Below are positions 19,783-29,062 of a DNA stretch of 64,000 nucleotides, in pieces. The notes beneath the pieces were generated by a model. That model made no database searches and was not told the DNA's origin. It saw nothing but the letters and a program-made list of their open reading frames with translations. The stretch spans positions 1,888,001 to 1,952,000 of the forward strand of contig OZ245742.1 of assembly GCA_965227295.1 (NCBI GenBank). The letters are read 5' to 3'. The first letter of the stretch is position 1, and each line of letters opens with the position of its first letter. The translations under genes were made by a program, and so were the position numbers. Source of the DNA: Leptonemataceae bacterium (GTDB lineage: Bacteria; Spirochaetota; Leptospiria; Leptospirales; Leptonemataceae).

Positions 19783-21234
19783 ATGCCTGTAGCCGCCAAG
19801 CCCGGTTCCGTCCGCGATCAAAAACTCAAGCCGGTCGTTCACGACGGCGTCGCCCACGCCTCCATGCTGGGCTCCGGCGAAAACTACTTCGGCGCCTTCG
19901 CGGTCTATCTCCAGGCCACGAACTGGCAAATCGGCATGCTGGCAGCCCTGCCGCCGTTCCTGGGATCGATCTTCCAGTTCAGCGGGGTGCGCGCCATGGA
20001 GCGGCGGCCGCGGCGCCGACGGGCGTTGATGGTCGCGGGTGCCGTCGTGCAGGCCGCGTTCCTCATACCCATCGCCGGCCTGGCCTTCGCCGCTCCGGGC
20101 CTCGCCGCCTGGGCGCCTCTAATATTGATCGCCCTTGTCACCGGATACTGGGCCGCCTCGTCCTTCGTGGCGCCCATCTGGAGCGGCGTCGTCGGGGATA
20201 TGGTGCCGCCGGAAGAGCGCGGGCGATTCTTCGGCGCGCGGAACGTGCGCGTGGGCTGGGCGACGATGATTACGCTTGTCGGCGCGGGTCTGGCGTTGGA
20301 GATCGGCACACGCTTTTCGATGACGGCGGCGGCCTATCTCGGCATCTTTCTGTTTGCGGCGCTGTGTCGGCTCACGTCGTCCTGGTGGTTGAGTCGGTAT
20401 GATGATCCGCCGTACGAGGTCCGCCCGGAGCACTACTTCAGCTTCGGAGAGTTTATTCGGCGTTCACCGAACTCCAACTTCGCGAAGTTTGTTTTTTTTC
20501 AGGCGAGCATGAACTTCGCGGTGTGGATCGTGGCCCCGTACTTCGCCGTCTACATGCTGCGGGATCTTAACTTTTCGTACATGGAGTTTATGATCGTTAC
20601 GGTCACCGGGGCGGTCTCGCAGTTCTTGCCGATGCACTACTGGGGTCGGCTCACGGACAGCTTCGGCAATAAAAAAGTGCTCACGGTCTGCGGCTACGGC
20701 ATCGTGCTCGCCCCGGTCTTGTGGCTCTTTTCCACGAACTTCTATTATCTCATCTTCGCTCAGGCCGCGGCGGGTTTCGCCTGGTCCGGGTATCTGCTCT
20801 CCACGTCTAACTTCATGTTCGACGCGGTTACGCCGCCCAAGCGTGCCCGCTGCGCCGCCTACCAGTCCTTTGTGAATGCGATCATGGTCTTCGCGGGTTC
20901 CATGACCGGCGCCGTCTTTGCGCTGCCGTTCCTGGCGGAGCCCATCCTGGCGGTGTTGCCGTCGCACTTTACCGGCGGCTCGGTCATCCCGGCCATCATT
21001 CTCGTCTCTGCCGTGCTTAGATTACTGCTCTTAATTATTTGGGAACCGCGATTTAGAGAAGTGCGCACCGATGTGGAGCCGGTACGTCACCATCAACTCA
21101 TCTTTCGCCTGAGCCACATGCGTCCGGCCCAGGGCATGAACGTCGGTGTATTGTACGGCGCGGAAGAGCCGTCCGTTGCGGAAGCGGATGCGCAGGATGC
21201 GCCGTCCGTTAACGATCCCGCAGAAAGGCCCTGA
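19783..21234 (+). CDS. MFS transporter
   Basis: About 12 TM segments; WSGVVGDMVPPEERGRFFG; WGRLTDSFGNK. Confidence 0.87.
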   Translation: MPVAAKPGSVRDQKLKPVVHDGVAHASMLGSGENYFGAFAVYLQATNWQIGMLAALPPFLGSIFQFSGVRAMERRPRRRRALMVAGAVVQAAFLIPIAGLAFAAPGLAAWAPLILIALVTGYWAASSFVAPIWSGVVGDMVPPEERGRFFGARNVRVGWATMITLVGAGLALEIGTRFSMTAAAYLGIFLFAALCRLTSSWWLSRYDDPPYEVRPEHYFSFGEFIRRSPNSNFAKFVFFQASMNFAVWIVAPYFAVYMLRDLNFSYMEFMIVTVTGAVSQFLPMHYWGRLTDSFGNKKVLTVCGYGIVLAPVLWLFSTNFYYLIFAQAAAGFAWSGYLLSTSNFMFDAVTPPKRARCAAYQSFVNAIMVFAGSMTGAVFALPFLAEPILAVLPSHFTGGSVIPAIILVSAVLRLLLLIIWEPRFREVRTDVEPVRHHQLIFRLSHMRPAQGMNVGVLYGAEEPSVAEADAQDAPSVNDPAERP

Positions 21235-22147
21235 CGTCTTCGGCGGTGCGACCGGGAATCTCTTCCATGGGGATGTGGCCGGCGTCGTCGTAGAAGATGA
21301 GCTTCGAGTTCGGCAGGTCCTCGTCGAAGCGTTCGCCGAACTCCGGCGGAATCCAGACATCCTGGCCGCCCCAGAGAATGAGCGTGGGGTGTCGAATCTC
21401 GCCGATGCGTTCGAAGGGCGGCGGCCGGTCGTTGCGAATGCGTTTCAGCAGCGCCCCGCGATTGCCCTCGCGCCGCAACAAATCGTGGTAACGATCGATG
21501 AGGGCGTCGGTAATGAGTGCATCGTTGCCGTAGACCTGTTCCAGGTTGCGGCGAATCATGAAACGCGGCGACACGTAGCGCATGATTTCGCCGACCACCG
21601 GCGTGCGCGCGAGCCGGAAGATGGGCGGGCTCTTTTCTCGCGGATAACCGGCGGCGTCGATTAAGATCAAATGACTGACACTCAGCGGATGCTCCAGGGC
21701 GAAGACCCAGGCGATGCCGCCGCCGAGCGAGTTGCCGGCCACGGTCACGCGATCGAGGCCGGCGGCCCGGACGAAGGCGTGCGTAAACTCGGCGTACTCG
21801 GGATACGTATACGCAAACTCCGGATCGGCGGCGGGGCCGGTGAGGCCGTGTCCGGGCAAATCAAATCGAACGAGCACGTAGTCGTCGCGCAGTCGTTCCA
21901 CCCACGCCTCCCAGGTATGCAACGAAGCGCCCGTGCCGTGGATAAGCAGCAGCACCGGTTTGCCGGTTGTTTCCCCGTTCGTTTCGATGCGATAGTGCAC
22001 GGCCGTGCCCTGCACATCCAGGAAGCGCGATGGCGGCGGGGCGTATTTTTCTTTCAGGGATTCCAGCGGAAGGTCCGGGTACACGACAAGATACACGCCG
22101 CCGCTCAGCAGTGCGAGGAGGATGATCGATATGCTTAGTTTACGCAT
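21209..22147 (-). CDS. alpha/beta hydrolase with N-terminal anchor
   Basis: IHGTGASLHTW; DLPGHGLTGP; GNSLGG; GHIPMEE. Confidence 0.9.
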   Translation of the reverse strand: MRKLSISIILLALLSGGVYLVVYPDLPLESLKEKYAPPPSRFLDVQGTAVHYRIETNGETTGKPVLLLIHGTGASLHTWEAWVERLRDDYVLVRFDLPGHGLTGPAADPEFAYTYPEYAEFTHAFVRAAGLDRVTVAGNSLGGGIAWVFALEHPLSVSHLILIDAAGYPREKSPPIFRLARTPVVGEIMRYVSPRFMIRRNLEQVYGNDALITDALIDRYHDLLRREGNRGALLKRIRNDRPPPFERIGEIRHPTLILWGGQDVWIPPEFGERFDEDLPNSKLIFYDDAGHIPMEEIPGRTAEDVRAFLRDR

Positions 22148-22177
22148 GATTGCAGATTAAGTATTGATGAAAAAAAG

Positions 22178-22675
22178 TTAAGCGCGCTTCGCCCGGAAGA
22201 ATTCGCGCAGCAGGGCCCCGTATTCCGCGCGGTACTCTTCCAGGAGGACGAAGTCCGGATAGTGGTTCAGTCGCGCCGCGGCCCCGTCGCCGTGTTTCGC
22301 ACCGCGTTCCCATTCCAGGAGCGCGGACATGGGCGCCCCTTTTTCCGACCGTGCACAGTAAAAAATGCGCCGCACCCGCGCGAGCACAGCGGCGCCCGTG
22401 CACATCATGCAGGGTTCGAGGCTGCTCAAGAGTACGGCGTTGCTCAGGCGTTCGGATTTTTCGGTCGTGCAGGCGGCGCGCAGGGCCAGCAGTTCGGCGT
22501 GAGCCGTGGGGTCTCGCCGTTCCACAATACGGTTCCGTTCCAGGGAAATGCGGCGCACGCGGTCTTCTTCGACGGCGAGTACCATGGCCGCCACGGGAAC
22601 CTCGCCCGCGGCCGCGGCCTCTCGGGCGCAGGCGAGCAGTTGCGTGACGTACTCGTGCGGCGGCACTTCCATCAT
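22178..22675 (-). CDS. tadA: tRNA adenosine deaminase TadA-like
   Basis: GEVPVAA; DPTAHAE; SLEPCMMC; LLREFF. Confidence 0.8.
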   Translation of the reverse strand: MMEVPPHEYVTQLLACAREAAAAGEVPVAAMVLAVEEDRVRRISLERNRIVERRDPTAHAELLALRAACTTEKSERLSNAVLLSSLEPCMMCTGAAVLARVRRIFYCARSEKGAPMSALLEWERGAKHGDGAAARLNHYPDFVLLEEYRAEYGALLREFFRAKRA

Positions 22676-22743
22676 GCTCGACAGCAAAGCACGACACGGT
22701 GCCGTCGTAAAGCGCGATTGACCTGCAACGAAGCGTCGTTGCA

Positions 22744-25700
22744 GTGTCGGTCGTGGAATCTTTCTACATGATGATCGGCGCGGCAGTGTGCATTGCGGGT
22801 GTCGGTGGTTATCTGCTGGGGCGGCGACAGACGAGACGGCGCGGTGTGATTGCATTGCCCGCCTTTGACGATAAGGCGCGGAAGCCGGAACCGGAACCGG
22901 AGCCCGTGCCGAATCCGCCGGCGCAGGCCGTTGCAACGCAGGCTCCGGAAAACGAAAATACAGCCGCGGAAACACCGGCGCTGCGTTTGCAGGCGATCCT
23001 CCGTGATCTGGACACGACGTTCTATGATCTCGCGCATCCGCGGGATCTTCTCGAACAAAAAGCCTTCGCGGACGGCGTGGCGTTGCTCGCGGATCGCGAA
23101 AGCTTCGGCCCGGCGGAGCTGGAAGGATACGTTGCCGGTGACAGTATCACCGCCGCATGCCTGGCGTTGCGCTCCCTGGAGCTGCGAGCGGAAGATCATC
23201 CTGAAAAGGTTCCGGAAGTAGCGCGCGAAACCGTGCTGCGATTTTTGCCGGGCCTGAGTACGTTTCCGTTGTACTACGCATTGCGATTTCTCGGCGCCAC
23301 CGCCGTCGATCAAAGGTCCGTGGCGGAAGTGCTGTTGTATGTAAACGAATGGTGGGCCGGTAACGCGCTGGTCGTAACGATTCTGGGCGAATATCTCCAG
23401 GAGGCGTCGAAGCAGCATCCGGGGGCGCCGGCTTTCGGTGACGCTCTGAACGAACCGCCGTCGGCCATGAACGTCGAGGCCGTCGCGAAGGTTCTCGATG
23501 CGTTGAACGTGAACGGCCGTTTCGATTTGCGCCGGGAGTTCGAAAGATTTCGGCGCACGCAAATCGATCGCGGTTACCTGAACGGCATCGGCCGCATTCG
23601 CGAGGCGCGCGTACAGAAGAACGGCATTGTGGCGCAGCCGGACTGGGAGCCGCGCCTGAGTGCTCTGGAGCGACAACTTCGCGGCAAGCAACCACGTTCC
23701 GTGCTCATCGTCGGAGACCCGGGCACCGGCAAGAGTTCGTTCCTGGAGCTCCTGCTGGATCGCTTCAGCCGAAGCGGCTGGAAGATTTTCATCGCCGGCG
23801 CCCAGGACGTCATGGCCGGGCAGACCTACATCGGTGAAATCGAAAAACGCGTCCGTGAACTGGCCGGCCATCTTGCGGTGGATCGCAAAATCATCTGGCA
23901 TGTCCCGGACTTGATGGAGATGCACTACGCCGCCCGGCATCGTTACAATCCCGTAAGTTTACTTGAGATGTTCTTACCGTACGTCGAATCCGGTGCACTC
24001 ATCATCGTTTCCGAAATTCGCAGCGGGACCTACGAGCGTTTGTCGCGCTGGAAGGCCCGGGTGCGCACCGTGTTCGAGACCGTGCGTTTGCGCACGCCGG
24101 ACGACGCCGAGGCCGTCGCGTTATTCCGCCGCTGGGCCGAGCCGCAATACGGCAATCTGCACTCAAGTTTTCTAAAAGAAGCCATGCAGATGGCCCGCCA
24201 GTATTTCAGCGACCAACAGGCACCGGGCAATCTGTTTACATTCATGAAGATGGTCCTGGGTCGCCTGGAACGTGGACGTGAGAGCAATCCTGGGCGCGCG
24301 CCCGGTCAGGACGATTTGCTCCAGACCCTGGCCGGTCTCACCGGTTTGCCGGTGGCGCTGCTCGACGAACGCCAGAGCCTGGATCCGGAAGACCTGCGTG
24401 AACTTTTCTTGAGTCGCGTGGTCGGCCAGACCGAGGCGGTGGATTGTCTGGTGGAACGTGTGGCCATGATCAAGGCCGGCCTCACCGATCCGAAACGTCC
24501 CTACGGTGTCTTTCTGTTCGTCGGGCCCACGGGTACCGGCAAAACCGAAATCGCTAAAACCCTGGCGGAGTTCTTGTTCGGATCCGCCGATCGATTGCTG
24601 CGCTTCGACATGAGCGAGTTTCAGAGCTACGATTCCCTGGGCCGGCTCGTGGGGGAGGGCGGCCTTGAGGACGCGAACGATCCCGGCGACGGTTCCCTGG
24701 TGCGTAAGATTCGCAAACAACCGTTTTCGGTCCTCCTGCTCGACGAATTTGAAAAGGCGCATCCGAACGTGTGGGACCTGTTCCTGCAGGTCTTCGACGA
24801 CGGCCGATTGACCGACCGCCAGGGGGTGACGGCGGACTTCCGGCATAGTATCATCATACTAACTTCTAACGTCGGAGCAGTAGTATCCCGGGGCCCGGGC
24901 ATCGGATTTGAATCCGGGAGCGGCGGTACGTTGTCCGTGTCCGGTGTGGAGAAGGGCCTCAGTCAAACGTTCCGCCGGGAGTTTCTCAATCGCATCGATC
25001 GCATTGTCGTATTCCGGCCATTGTCCCGGGCCGTCATGCGGGAGATCTTGCAGAAAGAGCTGCGCGCCGTGATGGGCCGGCGCGGTTTGCGGCATCGCGA
25101 GTGGGACCTGGAGTGGGACGACTCGGCCCTGGAGTTTCTGCTGGATCGCGGTTTTACGCCGGACCTGGGCGCGCGCCCCCTGCGGCGTGCGGTGGAGCGT
25201 TATCTGCTCTCACCGCTGGCCATGACCATCGCGCGCCGTCAGTATCCCGAGGGCAGCCAGTTCCTGCTGATTCGCGGCGATAGCGAGGGACTCCAGGTGG
25301 ACTTCATCGATCCCGATCGCCTGGAATCCGAAGACGTTGAAGCCACGGACGTTCCGGAGGATCATCGCGATTTGCGCGGCCTGGTGTTGCAGGCCGCGGG
25401 GACGCCGGAAGAGGCCGCGCTCTTAGAACGTACTTTACAGAGGTTAGGGCAGCGGGCATCCGAGGACGACTGGCTCGCGGCGAAGAACGAACTCATCGAA
25501 CGTACGAATCAGGCGGACTTCTGGGAGTACGACGATCGTTACGCCGTGCTGAGCCGCATCGAACTCTTTCATCGTCTGGAAGAAGCCCTGGAAACGGCCG
25601 GCTCGTTGTATCGCCGGCTCACGGATCGGCGGCCGCCGTACAGCCCGGACCTCAGCCGGCGCCTGGCGCGTCTATTGTACCTGCTCGAACAGGCGCAACT

Positions 25701-26202
25701 CGCCCGGGATGAAGGCCTGGCCCGGGACGCCTTTCTGTTGATTGAAGCCGTTCCGGATCGCGAGGGCGAATCGTCCGCGGCGTTCAGCGAGCGTTTGTAT
25801 CGCATGTATGCGGGCTGGGCGAAGTTGCGCCGCATGCGCTTCGCCGTACTCGAAGAGGCCCCGGACGTCGGTCGTTATGTACTGGCTGCGGCGGGTTTCG
25901 GAGCGTATCGTATTTTGCAGAACGAAAGCGGGCTACACGTCTACGAAAGTCCGTCGGAGCGCCGGCGAGTGCGGTTGCGGGTCATGCCGCAACCGGACCA
26001 CGAGGCCGCGGGCGGAACGGAGTTGCTCACCGAACAGGCGCAGCGGGCCTTTGCGCAAGCTTACGATGAACAGGAGTTTGCGCGCGTGGTGCGTCGCTAC
26101 CGGGAAGAGCCGTCACCGTTGGTCCGCGACGCGGTGCGCGGCTATCGCACGGGCAGAGTGGAGCGGGTGTTCGAGGGCAACTTCGATCTGGTGAGTGAGT
26201 GA
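22744..26202 (+). CDS. ClpA/B-like double AAA+ ATPase fused to a C-terminal release-factor-like (PCRF) domain
   Basis: N-terminal TM; GDPGTGKS; VVGQTEAV, GPTGTGKTEIAK, DMSEF, LLDEFEKAH, GARPLRR; tail ADFW...RMYAGWA...GFGAYRILQNESGLH...RRY...VRD. Confidence 0.8.
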   Translation: MSVVESFYMMIGAAVCIAGVGGYLLGRRQTRRRGVIALPAFDDKARKPEPEPEPVPNPPAQAVATQAPENENTAAETPALRLQAILRDLDTTFYDLAHPRDLLEQKAFADGVALLADRESFGPAELEGYVAGDSITAACLALRSLELRAEDHPEKVPEVARETVLRFLPGLSTFPLYYALRFLGATAVDQRSVAEVLLYVNEWWAGNALVVTILGEYLQEASKQHPGAPAFGDALNEPPSAMNVEAVAKVLDALNVNGRFDLRREFERFRRTQIDRGYLNGIGRIREARVQKNGIVAQPDWEPRLSALERQLRGKQPRSVLIVGDPGTGKSSFLELLLDRFSRSGWKIFIAGAQDVMAGQTYIGEIEKRVRELAGHLAVDRKIIWHVPDLMEMHYAARHRYNPVSLLEMFLPYVESGALIIVSEIRSGTYERLSRWKARVRTVFETVRLRTPDDAEAVALFRRWAEPQYGNLHSSFLKEAMQMARQYFSDQQAPGNLFTFMKMVLGRLERGRESNPGRAPGQDDLLQTLAGLTGLPVALLDERQSLDPEDLRELFLSRVVGQTEAVDCLVERVAMIKAGLTDPKRPYGVFLFVGPTGTGKTEIAKTLAEFLFGSADRLLRFDMSEFQSYDSLGRLVGEGGLEDANDPGDGSLVRKIRKQPFSVLLLDEFEKAHPNVWDLFLQVFDDGRLTDRQGVTADFRHSIIILTSNVGAVVSRGPGIGFESGSGGTLSVSGVEKGLSQTFRREFLNRIDRIVVFRPLSRAVMREILQKELRAVMGRRGLRHREWDLEWDDSALEFLLDRGFTPDLGARPLRRAVERYLLSPLAMTIARRQYPEGSQFLLIRGDSEGLQVDFIDPDRLESEDVEATDVPEDHRDLRGLVLQAAGTPEEAALLERTLQRLGQRASEDDWLAAKNELIERTNQADFWEYDDRYAVLSRIELFHRLEEALETAGSLYRRLTDRRPPYSPDLSRRLARLLYLLEQAQLARDEGLARDAFLLIEAVPDREGESSAAFSERLYRMYAGWAKLRRMRFAVLEEAPDVGRYVLAAAGFGAYRILQNESGLHVYESPSERRRVRLRVMPQPDHEAAGGTELLTEQAQRAFAQAYDEQEFARVVRRYREEPSPLVRDAVRGYRTGRVERVFEGNFDLVSE

Positions 26203-26214
26203 GGGAAGAAAACC

Positions 26215-26348
26215 TACTCCGAGGACCGAGGCACCGAGTTTTTTTTGGGGAGGCTGTTGTAGCCCGGAATATTGCGGGTTACGCTCGTTCTTGAGCCTTT
26301 GAAAATTCCTCTCCCAAACCTTCCCTCGACACCTCGGTCCTCGGAGTA
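26215..26348. repeat. REPIN/MITE-like element, copy 1
   Basis: 17-bp terminal IR TACTCCGAGGACCGAGG / CCTCGGTCCTCGGAGTA; same ends at 50752-50838. Confidence 0.75.
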
Positions 26349-26373
26349 AAAAAAAACGAGGGCGCCCGTAACC

Positions 26374-27531
<1,158 letters not shown>

Positions 27532-27556
27532 TGATTTACCTCAGCGAGTCTCAAGA

Positions 27557-27584
27557 GTTTCATTGACTCAAATGTCAATGAAAC
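27557..27584. promoter_or_regulatory. palindromic operator upstream of the acyl-CoA dehydrogenase
   Basis: Perfect 11-6-11 palindrome GTTTCATTGAC-TCAAAT-GTCAATGAAAC. Confidence 0.65.
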
Positions 27585-27679
27585 AAGCATAGAGCCGGCG
27601 TCAATCGAATCTTACAGCGTTTAAGAATCGGCGAAATGGTTTGATCCCGGAATAAAATGCAGGTTAGGACGAGGTGGAG

Positions 27680-27782
27680 TTGGGCGCGTCGCCTTCGGCG
27701 ACCGCGCTTTCCGGGGCTCCGCTTCGCTGCGGTCTCGCCTGCGGCGAGACTGGCCTTCGGCCACCCCTCCAATCGCTCGCGC
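27680..27782 (+). repeat. structured repeat / ncRNA, Flavo-1-like, copy A
   Basis: TTGGGCGC...CCGCGCT...CTCCGCTTCGCTGCGGTCTCGC...GCGAGACTGGC...ATCGCTCGCGC; homologous to copies B and C. Confidence 0.65.
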
Positions 27783-27805
27783 AAGAGTTGCGATTTCAAG
27801 TTCTT

Positions 27806-27977
27806 GCGCCAGGGATGCGAAGCATGGCGCGTAGCGCCAGTCTCGCGCTTGCGCGAGACCGAAGCGATAGCGGAGTGCGTAGCAGCCCGACCGCCGCGCA
27901 CAAGTCTCGCTTCGGCGAGACTTGTGAACCCGACGACTCGCAAGGCGAGTCGCTACACTCGCGGCGGGGGCGCCCAA
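27806..27977 (-). repeat. structured repeat / ncRNA, Flavo-1-like, copy B (extra hairpins)
   Basis: Same scaffold on the minus strand, tail-to-tail with copy A. Confidence 0.62.
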
Positions 27978-27987
27978 AAGAAACTTC

Positions 27988-29058
27988 TCAAGGATCCGAT
28001 TGCATCTCCGCAAACTTCAATACTTCATCAACAAACATCTCCCGCGCGGTCCGCATCCACTCGCGATCGACGTTCGGCTGTTGCTGATTTTCATATGCCG
28101 CGCGGTAATCGAAACGATTCGCCGTCACCGCCCCGAGCTGCGCGGCGTGCTGCGCGTTCAATAACTGCTCAAACTGACCCGGCTGCGGCACCAGATAACA
28201 CGGCTTGCCGAAGTACAACGCCTCGGCGACACTTTCAAAGCCGGCGCGGGAAGCATAGGCGCGGCAACCGGCCAGGTCCTGTAGGAACTCCTGTGCATCG
28301 GACTGCTTAAAGCGCACGCGACCGACGGTTTCGTCACGATGATAACCGTAGACGATCGCCGGCAGGTCGTCGCCGCACTGACGCAGGATTTCGTCGCGCA
28401 TGCCGCCGGAGTTGTGATAGATCAAAAGATAGTCGCCGTCTTGCGCGCGCGTATCGTAGACCTCGCGGCGCAACAGGGGCGGCAGGATCACGGCTTCGCC
28501 GCGAGCGCGTTCGAGGCCGGGGAGCAGACTCAGCGCCAGGTCCAGGCCGCCGCGACGATGCATCAACGCCATGGCCAGGCGAAAGCCCGCGTAGATGCGC
28601 AAACGACTCAGGCCGACGTGCGGCCGCGGACAATCGTGCAACAGAAAACGACGATGGCCGTCGATGGTGATCAGCGGAAGTTTGCGGCGCAATGCCTCGC
28701 CGGAAACGAAGGCCTCGAAGTCCGAAAGCACCACATCGGGGTGCACGCCGTCCAGAATGGCACGTACGTCCCGCATACGCCGCCCGTGCTTCGACAGATC
28801 GGCGAGATAGCGCAACGTCGTCCGCGTGAACGAAACGCCGCCGCGACGGTCCTCGACCATGTACGGGCCCGGGATGGATTGCAGCGTTACATGCGGCAGC
28901 AATCGACGCAGGGCCGGTTCGAACCAGGCGGCGGGTTTGCGGCCGACGGTAACAATGTGCAGGTCAAAGTGCGGGGCGAGCAGATCGCAGTAGACCAGGC
29001 CGCGGGAGAGGTGGCCGGAGTACTGGCTTTGCAGGGCGATGAGCAGACGCGCGGGCAC
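27988..29058 (-). CDS. glycosyltransferase (GT-B; MJ1255/VC2487-like)
   Basis: GHLSRG; VVLSDFE; PPLLRREV; RAGFESVAEALYFGKP...QFEQLLNA. Confidence 0.82.
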   Translation of the reverse strand: MPARLLIALQSQYSGHLSRGLVYCDLLAPHFDLHIVTVGRKPAAWFEPALRRLLPHVTLQSIPGPYMVEDRRGGVSFTRTTLRYLADLSKHGRRMRDVRAILDGVHPDVVLSDFEAFVSGEALRRKLPLITIDGHRRFLLHDCPRPHVGLSRLRIYAGFRLAMALMHRRGGLDLALSLLPGLERARGEAVILPPLLRREVYDTRAQDGDYLLIYHNSGGMRDEILRQCGDDLPAIVYGYHRDETVGRVRFKQSDAQEFLQDLAGCRAYASRAGFESVAEALYFGKPCYLVPQPGQFEQLLNAQHAAQLGAVTANRFDYRAAYENQQQPNVDREWMRTAREMFVDEVLKFAEMQSDP

Positions 29059-29062
29059 GTGA

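Noticed and set aside
19538-20402. ORFs 19538-19792 and 19572-20402
   Set aside because: They run antisense through tRNA-Ser and overlap the MFS gene out of frame
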